Below are positions 8,180 to 18,503 of a stretch of DNA of 64,000 bases, in pieces. The stretch's first letter is position 1. The number at the start of each line of letters is the position of its first letter. A program made the translations under genes and the position numbers. The notes beneath the pieces were generated by a model. That model worked only from the letters and a program-made list of their open reading frames with translations. It was not told where the DNA came from and did not search any database. Source of the stretch: Candidatus Omnitrophota bacterium. Lineage in GTDB: Bacteria; Omnitrophota; Gorgyraeia; DTHP01. The stretch spans positions 2,400 through 66,399 of the forward strand of contig JAMWCW010000001.1 of NCBI GenBank assembly GCA_023819145.1, in the 5' to 3' direction.

Positions 8180-10633
8180 ATGTCAAAAATTGAGGGAGGA
8201 AACAAAATGAATGAGGTATTGGTAAAAGGAAAGAGGAAGGCTAAGTCAATGAAGGAAGAGGAGATGAGTTTAAAGACAGATTACGGATATTTTACAAATG
8301 ATGGTAAAGAATATGTAATTATTAACCCCCAGACTCCTATGCCTTGGATTAATGTGATTTCCAATGGAGATTACGGTTTTGTTCTTTCCCAGACGGGCTC
8401 AGGTTTCTCTTGGTACAAAAATGCAAATTTAAGCAGAATCAACCGCTGGGACCAGGACTTAATTACCGATACCTGGGGTAAATATATTTATATTCGTGAT
8501 GAAAAAACAAAAAAGTTTTGGTCGGTGTCTTGGAAACCTACATGTCCCTCCTTTAAAAATTATAGAGTAACCCATGGGATTGGCTATACGAAGATTTATT
8601 CTTTATACGAAAACATTGAACAAGAACTTCTGCTTTTTGTTCCGCTCGAAGAACCTTTGGAGATTTGGTGTCTTAAATTGAAAAATCTTTCCCGCCAGGC
8701 ACGCAAGTTGAATATTTTTTCTTATTTAGAGCTTCTTCTGGGAAATGCTATGGACCCCCACCGTGAATTTCAGAAGACATTTATTGAAACCGATTTTGAT
8801 AATAAAACAAAAATATTCTGGGGAAGAAAAAGAAAGATTCCTGTCCCTGACCATATCTCTACTGGACTTTCCGAATACCCCATTTCTTGCTTCCACAGTG
8901 TGAATATTGAACCCATTGCCTATGAAGGAGAAAAGCGTAATTTTATTGGGATGTATAGAAATCCTGCTTATCCGCTTGCCTTAGAAAGAAAGAAACTTAC
9001 CAATACAACGGGGAGATGGTTTGATTCCGTCGCCAGTTTACAGGTAGAGCTTAAACTTGCTTCTCAGGAAGAAAAGACTGTTGTCTTTATTTTAGGCTCT
9101 TGCGAAGATGAGAATTATGTTAAAGAATTGGTCAAAAAATACAGGAATGTAGAAAAAGTAGAAATGGCTTTTCAGAAAACAAAAGATTTTTGGGAGGGTT
9201 TACTTTCGGGAATAAAGGTAGAAACTCCTGACCCTGCCTTTAACTTTATGACCAATTACTGGTTAAAGTATCAGGCAATTTCCGGAAGGCTTTGGGCAAG
9301 AACCGCCTATTACCAGTCTTCAGGTGGCTTTGGTTTTCGTGACCAGTTACAGGATTCCTTAGCTTGTCTTCCTTTAGCACCCGAGCTTACCAAGAAACAG
9401 ATTATGCTCCATGCCGAGCATCAGTTTACGGATGGCACAGTTTATCATTGGTGGCATAACCTTTTGGAACGCGGTGCCCATACCAATATGTCCGATAATC
9501 TCTTATGGTTAGTCTATATTACTCTTCATTACCTGAATGAGACAGCGGATTTCTCTATCTTAGATGAAAAGGTGAAATACGTTGATGGAGAATCTGAGCC
9601 AATATATAATCATTGTATTAAAGCAGTGGATAAAGTTCTTTCTCGTTTTTCTCCACGCGGACTTCCTTTGATTGGAGCGGGAGATTGGAACGATGGACTT
9701 TCCAGTGTGGGTTTAGAGTGGAAAGGCGAAAGCATCTGGTTAGGACATTTTCTCTATGGGATATTGCAGCAATTCGCTCCCATTTGCGAAAAAAGAAACG
9801 ATTTTGAAAGAGCGGGTAATTATCGGAAACGCGCTGAGGAATTAAGGGAAAATATCAACAAATACGCTTGGGATGGTGCTTGGTATATAAGAGCAACCAA
9901 AGACAATGGAGAAGTTTTAGGTTCTTCATCCTCGAAAGAAGGAAAGATTTTCCTCAATGCTCAAACCTGGGCAGTGATTCATGGAACCGCTACGCCGGAA
10001 AGGGCCAAAGAATGTATGGACTCGGTAGAGAAACATCTTTTGCGTGAATACGGACCTTTACTGTTTTATCCAGGATACACTCAACCCGATAAAGAAATCG
10101 GTTATCTTTCTCGTTATGGTGAGGGCTTAAGGGAAAATGGGGGAGTCTATACCCATGCAGCCACCTGGACGATTATTGCGGAAGTGATTTTGAAGCGACC
10201 AGAGAAAGCTTATGAGGTTTATTCCAAGATTTGCCCCGCAAAAAGAGGGTTAAAACCAGAGATTTATATGGCAGAACCTTATGTTACACCGGGTAATATT
10301 GATGGCCCGCAATCTGCCTATTTTGGAAGAGGGGGCTGGACTTGGTATAGCGGTTCGGGTGCTTGGTTATTCAAGGTGTCCTGTGAGTGGATTTTAGGTA
10401 TCCGCCCCACATTAGAAGGTTTATTAATTGACCCCTGCATTCCCAAAGATTGGGCAGGTTTTAAGGTAGTCAAGAGATTCCGTGGGGCAACTTACGAGAT
10501 AGAGATAGAAAATCCCCAAAAGGTAAGTTTCGGAGTAAAAGAAATACTTCTTGATGAACGAAGGTTGGAACACTCCCTTATTCCTGCGCTTTCTGATGGC
10601 AAAACCCATCAGGTGAGAGTGGTTTTAGGATAG
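8180..10633 (+). CDS. GH94 glycoside phosphorylase (resembles the Cgs/NdvB C-terminal phosphorylase; no signal peptide)
   Basis: TPMPWINVISN, GFGFRDQLQD, GDWNDG, GESIWLG, RENGGVYTHAA, GRGGWTWYSGS; exact start uncertain (several RBS/ATG pairs). Confidence 0.9.
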   Translation: MSKIEGGNKMNEVLVKGKRKAKSMKEEEMSLKTDYGYFTNDGKEYVIINPQTPMPWINVISNGDYGFVLSQTGSGFSWYKNANLSRINRWDQDLITDTWGKYIYIRDEKTKKFWSVSWKPTCPSFKNYRVTHGIGYTKIYSLYENIEQELLLFVPLEEPLEIWCLKLKNLSRQARKLNIFSYLELLLGNAMDPHREFQKTFIETDFDNKTKIFWGRKRKIPVPDHISTGLSEYPISCFHSVNIEPIAYEGEKRNFIGMYRNPAYPLALERKKLTNTTGRWFDSVASLQVELKLASQEEKTVVFILGSCEDENYVKELVKKYRNVEKVEMAFQKTKDFWEGLLSGIKVETPDPAFNFMTNYWLKYQAISGRLWARTAYYQSSGGFGFRDQLQDSLACLPLAPELTKKQIMLHAEHQFTDGTVYHWWHNLLERGAHTNMSDNLLWLVYITLHYLNETADFSILDEKVKYVDGESEPIYNHCIKAVDKVLSRFSPRGLPLIGAGDWNDGLSSVGLEWKGESIWLGHFLYGILQQFAPICEKRNDFERAGNYRKRAEELRENINKYAWDGAWYIRATKDNGEVLGSSSSKEGKIFLNAQTWAVIHGTATPERAKECMDSVEKHLLREYGPLLFYPGYTQPDKEIGYLSRYGEGLRENGGVYTHAATWTIIAEVILKRPEKAYEVYSKICPAKRGLKPEIYMAEPYVTPGNIDGPQSAYFGRGGWTWYSGSGAWLFKVSCEWILGIRPTLEGLLIDPCIPKDWAGFKVVKRFRGATYEIEIENPQKVSFGVKEILLDERRLEHSLIPALSDGKTHQVRVVLG

Positions 10634-10646
10634 ATATTTTTATCCC

Positions 10647-10675
10647 TTGACAAAATTCAAAAAGCGTGTTATACC
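10647..10675 (+). promoter_or_regulatory. sigma70 promoter with extended -10
   Basis: TTGACA-17-TATACC with TG at the extended -10 position. Confidence 0.55.
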
Positions 10676-10758
10676 TTTTAAAGAAAGTTTCTTACTTTAT
10701 AAAACGAAAAATAATTAACTTAAACAAAATCAGAGATTAGAAAAGGAGGTGAAAAACA

Positions 10759-11337
10759 ATGAGTAAAGTTTTAGGAGGTTTGTTTTTAGCAGTGCTGCTG
10801 TTGGTGACCTCTTCTGCTTCTGCCCAAGAGAAGCTGGTGATTGCCGATTTTGACAGCGGAGTAAAACCCAACAACATCGGTGGCGACTTTGGGGCTTGGG
10901 ATAAAGACCCTGCGGATTTTACCCAGATGTGTGTGGAGAGTTTTAATGTTACGGAAAGATATGGCGAATCTGGTTTTTGCATGGCCATTGATTATGATGT
11001 TGACTCTCCTAATCCTGCCTACAATGGTTTCTGGATGAAATTAAACGGCGCAGATTTTTCCAAGTATAAGAAACTATTGCTTAAGGTAAAAGGAGATGTC
11101 ACCAAAGGTTACACCAAAGTAGTTAAAATAGAATTGAAGAATAATAAAGGAGAAGTAGGGAAATACTATATTACGGAAGTAGCCGATAATTGGAAAACTT
11201 TAGAAATACCCTTCTTAAAATTCGCTGGAATTACCGACTTCTCTAATATGACTGAATTTGTTATTGTTTTTGAAGATTGGCGTTCGACTAAAAAAGAGGG
11301 AAGAATCTATATTGATGATTTGATGGTAAGCGAATAA
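10759..11337 (+). CDS. Secreted CBM11/CIA30-like carbohydrate-binding protein
   Basis: Signal peptide ending ASA; IADFD...YDVDSPNPAYNGFWMKL...KIELK...WKTLEIP...IYIDD. Confidence 0.75.
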   Translation: MSKVLGGLFLAVLLLVTSSASAQEKLVIADFDSGVKPNNIGGDFGAWDKDPADFTQMCVESFNVTERYGESGFCMAIDYDVDSPNPAYNGFWMKLNGADFSKYKKLLLKVKGDVTKGYTKVVKIELKNNKGEVGKYYITEVADNWKTLEIPFLKFAGITDFSNMTEFVIVFEDWRSTKKEGRIYIDDLMVSE

Positions 11338-11352
11338 TCCTAAAAGTTAGGG

Positions 11353-11387
11353 AAATTGGGCGCAGCAAATTTGCTGTGCCCAATTTT
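11353..11387 (+). terminator. Hairpin (terminator or stabiliser) after the CBM gene
   Basis: AAATTGGGCGCAGCA / TGCTGTGCCCAATTT inverted repeat with short T tail. Confidence 0.55.
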
Positions 11388-11395
11388 AACCGCCA

Positions 11396-13324
11396 ATGAA
11401 AAAAGTTTTTATATTTTTTATAATTTTTTTATTATCAGTAGATTATGCTTTCCCCCAGGCAAAGAAATTGTCCCTTGTCCCCGAGAAACTTTTTACCACT
11501 AAATATATCGATGATTTTAATGATGGAGCTCTACCTAATCTTTTGGGAGGGGGGATGAAGGTTGAAGTAGAATCTCCTTCTGAACTTTCTTTTTCCCACG
11601 ATAGAGCACAAGCCTTGGAGAGTAAAGGATACAGTCTTAAATTAAAGTATCGTCTTTATCCTCAGAAAAAAGCAAACCTGATTATTGATTTAAATGAGAT
11701 TGATATCAGCCAGGCATATGGAATTTCTTTTTGGATAAAGTATTTAAAAAGGCCAAAACTGGAAATTTTCTTGGAGGATGGCAAGGGTAATCGGACAGGC
11801 GCGGCTTTAGAGAAATATCTTATTCCCCAAGAGAACTGGCAGAAGATTTCGCTAATGCGGGGAGATTTTCCTGATATTGATTTCAACTGTTTGAAAAACC
11901 TTACACTTACCATCTACGCTTCTGAGGTGGAGACGGGAGAATTTTTTCTGGATGAATTTTTATTTTTTGGTCCTTCCTATCTATTTTTTGAATCTATAAA
12001 GGATAATCTCTATGGCTTTCCTGTAAAAAAGAATTTAGACTCTAAATATTTACTAAATAAACCCGATGAATTTTTATTAAAAACCATTGCCCACGATACC
12101 TGGCTTTATTTTAAAAACTCGGTAGATAGAAAGACGCATTTACCAGTTGACTGGATTGATTTGGATGAAACTAAGGAATACCGCATTGGAGACTATACTT
12201 CGCCGACAAATATTGGGCTATATTTTCTTTGTTTAGTAGGTGCCTATGATTTAGGTTTAATTACTAAAGAAGAAGCAGTAGAGCGTATTGGGAATACCCT
12301 TGAGACTTTAAAAAAACTTTCCCGCTGGAAAGGTCTATATTACAATTGGTATTCCACGACGAACTTGCAGATTACCCGCAGATATATTTCGTCAGTAGAT
12401 AATGGTTGGTTAGCTGCCGGACTTATTGTTGTCAGACAGACATTCCCCGAACTATATATTCCCTGCAGTGCGCTTTTAAAAGAGATGGATTTCTCTATCC
12501 TTTATGACCCAGTAGAGGGAAAGTTATACTTAGGCTACGAGTTAAACCGTGAACCACCCGTGCCCACTCCCTATCATTATGGTCAAATTGCTACGGAGCC
12601 ACGGGTTACCTCTTTGGTGGCTATTGGGAAAGGTGATGTCCCTCCTGACCACTGGTTTAGAATCTTTCGGACTTTACCTATTTCTTGGAATTGGCAGAGG
12701 CAGAAACCACAAGGAAGATATCGGGAGTATTTAGAAATAGATGTTTTTGAGGGCTATTATGAATATAAAGGGTTTAAAATTGTTCCTTCTTGGGGTGGAA
12801 GCTTGTTTGAATTCCTGATGCCTTTGTTGGTTCTGAAAGAGAAAGAGCTTGCTCCTAGAGGTCTGGGATTAAATAATTTAAACGCCATAAAAGCACACAT
12901 CGATTATGCCTTAAATGAGCAAAAGTATCCTGTCTGGGGACTTTCTCCTTGCGCTACTCCCGAGGGAAGATATGGAGGGTATCATGAATACGGAGTAAAA
13001 GATTTGGGAGCTAAAGGATATTCCGATGAGGGTGTAATTACTCCCCATGCATCAATATTAGCCATTGATTATCTTCCTGAGGAGGTGGTGAAGAATATTC
13101 GCCAGTTGCTTAAAAATTTTGATTTATACGGTGAGTATGGAATGTATGATTCTGTGGATATTCATACCCAGAAAGTTGCTTCACGTTATCTTTGTCTTGA
13201 CCAGGGAATGATTTTTGTTTCTTTGGCAAATTACCTGACAAAAGGGAAAATTCGTGAGCGCTTTCACCAAGACCCGATAATTAACAGCGTGGAGTATTTG
13301 TTAGAAATAGAAGAATTTTTCTAA
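11396..13324 (+). CDS. Secreted CBM11-like plus clan GH-S (GH189/GH144-related, 'glycoamylase') beta-1,2-glucan-active enzyme
   Basis: Signal peptide; TSPTNIGLY, YNWY, SSVDNGWL, TEPR, SWGGSLFEFLMP, GVITPHAS, YGMYDSVD, LDQGM match the Cgs/NdvB middle domain. Confidence 0.8.
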   Translation: MKKVFIFFIIFLLSVDYAFPQAKKLSLVPEKLFTTKYIDDFNDGALPNLLGGGMKVEVESPSELSFSHDRAQALESKGYSLKLKYRLYPQKKANLIIDLNEIDISQAYGISFWIKYLKRPKLEIFLEDGKGNRTGAALEKYLIPQENWQKISLMRGDFPDIDFNCLKNLTLTIYASEVETGEFFLDEFLFFGPSYLFFESIKDNLYGFPVKKNLDSKYLLNKPDEFLLKTIAHDTWLYFKNSVDRKTHLPVDWIDLDETKEYRIGDYTSPTNIGLYFLCLVGAYDLGLITKEEAVERIGNTLETLKKLSRWKGLYYNWYSTTNLQITRRYISSVDNGWLAAGLIVVRQTFPELYIPCSALLKEMDFSILYDPVEGKLYLGYELNREPPVPTPYHYGQIATEPRVTSLVAIGKGDVPPDHWFRIFRTLPISWNWQRQKPQGRYREYLEIDVFEGYYEYKGFKIVPSWGGSLFEFLMPLLVLKEKELAPRGLGLNNLNAIKAHIDYALNEQKYPVWGLSPCATPEGRYGGYHEYGVKDLGAKGYSDEGVITPHASILAIDYLPEEVVKNIRQLLKNFDLYGEYGMYDSVDIHTQKVASRYLCLDQGMIFVSLANYLTKGKIRERFHQDPIINSVEYLLEIEEFF

Positions 13325-13423
13325 TAAACTCTTAAACGCAAAACCCTAAACTCTAATTTAAGTTATTTTAGAGTTTGAAAATTTCGCGTCTTGGATTTTT
13401 AAATGAAAAGGAGGTGAGTTTTT

Positions 13424-14155
13424 ATGTTTAAAAGGTTTTTTTGGTCTTTGTTGGTTATTTTTCTCCTTCTGGGCATAAGTCTCTCCTTATATAGTTGCGC
13501 TCCCAAGAAGGAAGCAAGTAAACCCGAGGAGAAAAAAGAGGAGGCAAAAGGGGTAATTACTGAATCTGCTAAAGTAGAGGAGCCGGTACAGGAGATTGAG
13601 GTAACCGGTGAACTTGCTAAGCCCAAGCTTAAACTCACCCGCGAAGGTGCCTTAATCGCTGCTGACTTTGACACCTGCAAAAAACCTAATAATCTGGGAG
13701 GAGACTTTGGCGCCTGGAACAAAGACCCTAATGATTTTTCTCAAGGATGTTTTGACAGTTTTGTTTCTACTATTAAACGTGGAGACGATGGTTGTTCGAT
13801 GCAAATAATGTATGATGTGGATTCTGTGAATCCTGCCTACAATGGATTCTGGATGAGATTGGAAGGTGTTGACCTTTCTGCCTACAAGGCAATTTCTTTC
13901 TGGTTAAAGGGCGATGAGATGCGTGGATTTACAAAGGTATTTAAGGTAGAGTTGAAAAACACCAAGGGGCATTTAGGAAAATATTATGTAACCGAAGTGA
14001 CTAAAGACTGGAAAGAGATTGTTATCCCTCTGGATAAATTTGCCGGGTTAGAAGACAGGACTTCCATGCATGAATTTGTGATTGTTTTTGAGGACAGGGT
14101 CGCCACTAAAAAAGAGGGAGCAATCTATATTGACGATATTACATTCTTAAAATAG
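13424..14155 (+). CDS. Lipoprotein with CBM11-like domain, paralog of 10759-11337
   Basis: Lipobox LYSC, charged linker, domain highly similar to 10759 protein (KPNNLGGDFGAW, PAYNGFWM, EFVIVFED, IYIDD). Confidence 0.8.
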   Translation: MFKRFFWSLLVIFLLLGISLSLYSCAPKKEASKPEEKKEEAKGVITESAKVEEPVQEIEVTGELAKPKLKLTREGALIAADFDTCKKPNNLGGDFGAWNKDPNDFSQGCFDSFVSTIKRGDDGCSMQIMYDVDSVNPAYNGFWMRLEGVDLSAYKAISFWLKGDEMRGFTKVFKVELKNTKGHLGKYYVTEVTKDWKEIVIPLDKFAGLEDRTSMHEFVIVFEDRVATKKEGAIYIDDITFLK

Positions 14156-14211
14156 GAAAATAAGGCAAGCATTGCTTAAAATTCTGCCTTAAATTAAATT
14201 TCTGGTCCACC

Positions 14212-14240
14212 TTGACGATTCAGATTTTTCATGCTATACT
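14212..14240 (+). promoter_or_regulatory. sigma70 promoter with extended -10
   Basis: TTGACG-17-TATACT with TG. Confidence 0.6.
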
Positions 14241-14279
14241 TTTTGTAGATAAGGCACAATGCTGCGGGCGGTAAATAGG

Positions 14280-14312
14280 AAGGCGGAGTTAAAATTTTAG
14301 CTCCGCCTTTTT
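14280..14312 (+). terminator. Rho-independent terminator
   Basis: AAGGCGGAGTTAA / TTAGCTCCGCCTT stem followed by T tract. Confidence 0.75.
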
Positions 14313-14478
14313 ATGTTTCTCTATTTGTATTTGTGGTTTTATACCGATTTCTTTCCTTCAAGAGATGGTTGTAAATTCGTGGCAGAGGGTTTAATTCTTG
14401 AAGTGCCTCTTGACACTGTCCTATTTATAAGCTACATTTTTAAAGAGAGTTTTTTATTTATAAAAGAGAGGGTTTAAA

Positions 14479-15916
14479 ATGTCATTAAAGCAAAAATTTA
14501 ATTATGTGTTTCTCTTTGTCTCGATATTGTTTTTTACTTTTTTTTCTACAAATTCAATAAGCGCATTTTTTTATTCCCAGAGTCTACCTCTTTTTAATCC
14601 CGATTTAAACACACCCCTTTTACAATCTTCCGAACAGCGGTCACAATTAAACATCCAGACCATTCAGCGCGAGCAGAGCAATTATTTTTTTATATAACAT
14701 TGGTATAGACCCTGATACTAACCTTCCGCATAACTATGTTTTTGTCAAAAGTGATGGTGAATTGGAAATAGGATTCTACAATACCCCCACGGATATTGGG
14801 TACTACCTAGCATGTCTGGTGGGAATAGCAAAGGGAGATATAAGAAATGATACCGTCAGTCAAACAGATGCCATCAACAGACTAATTCATGCCTTGGAGG
14901 TTCTTAAATCCGCTCCCAAAAAAGATGGTTTACTTTATTGGTATGATATTTTTTATCCTGAGATAAAAATCTCTCCTACAAATAGTTATGTCTCAGCAAT
15001 AGATAATGCATTTTATTCTGCAGCATTGGGTTTGATTATAGGGGCTTTTATTGACGACCAAAGCCAGTCGGCGCAGAGACTTGTAAATTTGGCTTTTGAA
15101 CTACTTGCTGAACAGAAAGAAGGTTGGTCTCAACTTTATGACCCAGAGAGAAAACTTTTGCTTGGAGGTTATTCAACAACTGGCGAAGACCCTTTGTACT
15201 ATATAGACCGGGCATACAACGAAGGACGTTTGGCAACGCTGATGGCAATAATTTTGGGAGATGTTCCGCGGGATGCTTGGGAGAATTTAGAAGAATTTTA
15301 TTTAGATTATACCTTATCTCATGGCAAAAAGATGAAAATTCTTGCCCCTTGGGAAAGCGCTTTCCAGGCATGGATGCCGTTGGTCTTTGTGCCCGAGATG
15401 GAATGGTCTCCTCAAGGATTTAAGATTGCCCACCAGAGATATTTAGAAGTACAGATTGACTGGGCTCAACGGGAAAATATGCCTGCTCTTTACGCCGAAT
15501 GTTCCGACCCTTTTACGAAAGATAAATATCAATATATTACAGGTATAGCCATACCTGGTGCCTCCGAGTCTTCTGCGTGGGGTGTGCCCATTCGCTCCGA
15601 TATAGGTTCAGTATATGCAATTGGACTTGCTTATATGGTAGATGAAAAAGTTGGAGAAGATTTTTTTGCCAAATTAATTACGAGGTTTCCTGAAATAAGT
15701 TCTACGCTAGGTTGGTTTGATTCAGTGGGAAGGAAAGGAACAGAACCAGAGGTTTTTTGGGCTACGAGTAGGGCTTATGTGGCCAAGAACCAATTTGTAT
15801 TACTTTCTGCCCTGAATTACCAAAATAACCATCGCTATTTTACACGATTTTTAGAGGTTATAGGAAAATTAGAGTATATAAGAAGTCTTTATAATAACAA
15901 ATCATTTAATTTTTAA
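14479..15916 (+). pseudogene. Secreted clan GH-S (GH189-like) enzyme split by a +1 frameshift in a T7 run
   Basis: Signal peptide in ORF 14479-14697; deleting one T at 14685-14691 reads NYFLYNIGIDPDTNLPHNY...FYNTPTDIGYYLACL into ORF 14762; motifs VSAIDNA, NEGRLA, WESAFQAWMP, GWFDSV. Confidence 0.7.
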
Positions 15917-15920
15917 TATA

Positions 15921-18503
15921 ATGGATTATTTTTCTATAAAAAAAAGTAGTTTCTGGCTATGTTTAGTCTTCTTACTTTTGTCTCTAAAGGAATTAAGTGC
16001 CTTTATCGGCGTTGGTGATGATAATCTTTATAATATTTCTGCTACAAGTGGTGATTATTACCAAGTTGTAAGTCCTGCAGTTACTTCTTTGTTTCAACGG
16101 GCAAAAACAGAAATCTTTCCCCCTGTATTTAGTGATACTTTAGCTGCTTCCATTGGTATTATAACACAATACAGTTGGAAGAGTTTTCCCGATAATCCCA
16201 ATCAGAGTATTTCCGCAGTATACGACTATGACCCCTATTTTGGTGCGCTTCCTATTTTGCGTATTGATTATGATGTTTCTTCTTACTCCGCAGGAGTATT
16301 TAACGGTTATGCCTTAAAAATTAATACACAGGATTTTTCGCAAGATTTTTATAACCCTATTGTTTTCTATATTCGCGGTGACCCGACATTAGGGTTTACC
16401 CGGAGGTTGAAGATAGAATTTAAAAATAGCCGTGGCAAAGTAGGTTCATATATCATTGAGGGAATTAGTGAAAACTGGCAGAAGATTACTATTGATAAAA
16501 CCCGCGTAGGCAGAGATTTTTCCTTTAGAAGCGATTGGCAGGATATAGAAGAGATAGTTCTGGTATTTGAAGAATGGGGAGTTACTGCGCAGGAGGGAAG
16601 AATATATTTAGCAGGATTTACTTATCCTGAATCCTGGCAGGTTGCTTCTGCAGTAGAAAATATTTACGCAGAATTGAGCCTTCTTTCTCCTGATGAACAA
16701 CAAAGAGTGCTTTCGCAGATTGTTGGTCCGGGGGTAGCCTATAGTTTCAAACCTTTAGATATCGCATCCATAAAAAATTGGATTTTATCTTCTCAAGAGC
16801 ACATTGCTAACGATAGCGGAATTTACTCCTTGAACCAGATGCTTAGAAGTTTAGGTTCTCATACTCCTTCTTTTTCTGATTTAAGAATTGCGGGGGTAGT
16901 CTCTTCCCTGCTGGCAGGGAAAGAGGGAAGAGGAGGGTATAATTCTTCTTTATATGACTTATACCGTTCTGCACAGCTAAACGGTCATCCGATTTATGCA
17001 TTTAGACTTCCTAATTTTTCCGCCTTGGAAGATTTCTTTAACAAAACAGGTAAAATTCCCCTTGTTGCCGAGTTAAAGACTGGAGAGTTTGTCCTCTTAA
17101 ATGGATTTGAGAGAGGCGGGTTTCTCTGGCTAACCAAATTTGTCAAATTTGATTGCTTGGGTGAAGAGGTAACGATGAGCGAACAAGAGTTTACTCAACT
17201 CTGGACAGGTAACATTCTTAGTTTAAGAACTGCCTCTTCCTATCAGCCGTTAGCCAATGAAGAGGTTTTTCAAGGAACAAGTATAACTTCCTATATTGTA
17301 GAAGAAATGTTAGAGAGAGCAAAAGAACTTTCTAATACAGCATATCACCCTCCAGAGATAAAGCCCGTGAGTGTGCTTGACCCTCCTCTTTATGGTCGTC
17401 CTGAGGCAGAGGGTTTAGTTTATCAGGAATATCTGGCTATCGGAGGAGACAAATTTTATGATGATGGTTTGTGGTGGTTTCAAGCAAGACCGCGGGGAAG
17501 TCAAAATAAACTTCCGCTTAAGGTATTCTTGTATGACCCGAAAAGTCTTCGTTATAGTGAAGTTCCTTATGATTTTAATCGCTATAATTATTCTCGTGCT
17601 ACACCGCCAATTACCTATGTTCCTCCAGAAGGGAGGTATATTACTGCTTTAGATATTGGACACATTCTGGTATCAGGAAGTTTTCCCCAGTTTTTTACCA
17701 TTGGTGGGGATGGTTACATGCGTTTTGTGCCTTTGACAGAAGGTAGGGAAATGGGAGCATCTTTCCGAGTAGCTGGGCAAAACATTACCCACTCCCGGCA
17801 GGGAGGGGATCCTTACGATGAGAGTTTTCCTATTGTCAGGGAATTGTATGTGAAAAAGGTTTCGGAGAGCGTTATCAATCTCGTTGCCCTCGTGGATGCT
17901 GAGGGTTTTACCGGGGTTTTAGATATGTATCTCTATCCTCAGGAAATAACCCGTATGGAGGTAGATGCTCGGTTTTTTATGCGACGCGATATGCTAATTT
18001 CCCAGGAGCCAGATACAGGTTTTGCGGGGTTTAGCAGTATGTTTTTCTTGGGCGATGAAAAAAATGACGCAATGATTGGAGAAGTACGTCATACTCCTTG
18101 GAATCCTTATGATGAAGCCCATGATTCCGATTATTTAGTGGTGCATTTTGCGGATGGGAGTAGGGTTGAGCAACTAATTAATAGACCCTTCGAAGCAGGA
18201 AGGGTAGATAGATACGACTTTTCTAAGCCCGATACAGAAATTGTGGGGTTTTCTTTGCAACAGAGAGATAGAAATCCCAGCCACTACCGTGCTTTTCCTA
18301 CCTCTGATTATACTAATCGTCCATCTTTTGATTTAAGAGTGCCTTCCTCCAACATTCCTCTTAGTGTAAAACTCTATGAGATATCTACCGATAACGAGTA
18401 TGTAGATAATATAGTCGCTTTTTTGACCATGGGGAGGAGTTTATACCGTGGAGAAGAAGTACATATAAGATATGAGGTAACCGCTTATGATTACCCGGGA
18501 TAA
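15921..18503 (+). CDS. Secreted multidomain protein: CBM11-like, degenerate C39-like, OpgG/OpgD (GH186)-like
   Basis: YDVS...FNGYALKI...KIEFK...EIVLVFEEW (CBM); EFTQLWTGNIL (C39-like); ESFPIVRELY, FSSMFF, EAHDSD, GFSLQQRDR, RPSF, DNIVAF (OpgG/D). Confidence 0.8.
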   Translation: MDYFSIKKSSFWLCLVFLLLSLKELSAFIGVGDDNLYNISATSGDYYQVVSPAVTSLFQRAKTEIFPPVFSDTLAASIGIITQYSWKSFPDNPNQSISAVYDYDPYFGALPILRIDYDVSSYSAGVFNGYALKINTQDFSQDFYNPIVFYIRGDPTLGFTRRLKIEFKNSRGKVGSYIIEGISENWQKITIDKTRVGRDFSFRSDWQDIEEIVLVFEEWGVTAQEGRIYLAGFTYPESWQVASAVENIYAELSLLSPDEQQRVLSQIVGPGVAYSFKPLDIASIKNWILSSQEHIANDSGIYSLNQMLRSLGSHTPSFSDLRIAGVVSSLLAGKEGRGGYNSSLYDLYRSAQLNGHPIYAFRLPNFSALEDFFNKTGKIPLVAELKTGEFVLLNGFERGGFLWLTKFVKFDCLGEEVTMSEQEFTQLWTGNILSLRTASSYQPLANEEVFQGTSITSYIVEEMLERAKELSNTAYHPPEIKPVSVLDPPLYGRPEAEGLVYQEYLAIGGDKFYDDGLWWFQARPRGSQNKLPLKVFLYDPKSLRYSEVPYDFNRYNYSRATPPITYVPPEGRYITALDIGHILVSGSFPQFFTIGGDGYMRFVPLTEGREMGASFRVAGQNITHSRQGGDPYDESFPIVRELYVKKVSESVINLVALVDAEGFTGVLDMYLYPQEITRMEVDARFFMRRDMLISQEPDTGFAGFSSMFFLGDEKNDAMIGEVRHTPWNPYDEAHDSDYLVVHFADGSRVEQLINRPFEAGRVDRYDFSKPDTEIVGFSLQQRDRNPSHYRAFPTSDYTNRPSFDLRVPSSNIPLSVKLYEISTDNEYVDNIVAFLTMGRSLYRGEEVHIRYEVTAYDYPG

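Noticed and set aside
14247-14312. Known riboswitch (c-di-GMP, preQ1, fluoride)
   Set aside because: Consensus elements not found by eye; retained only as an unclassified sRNA candidate
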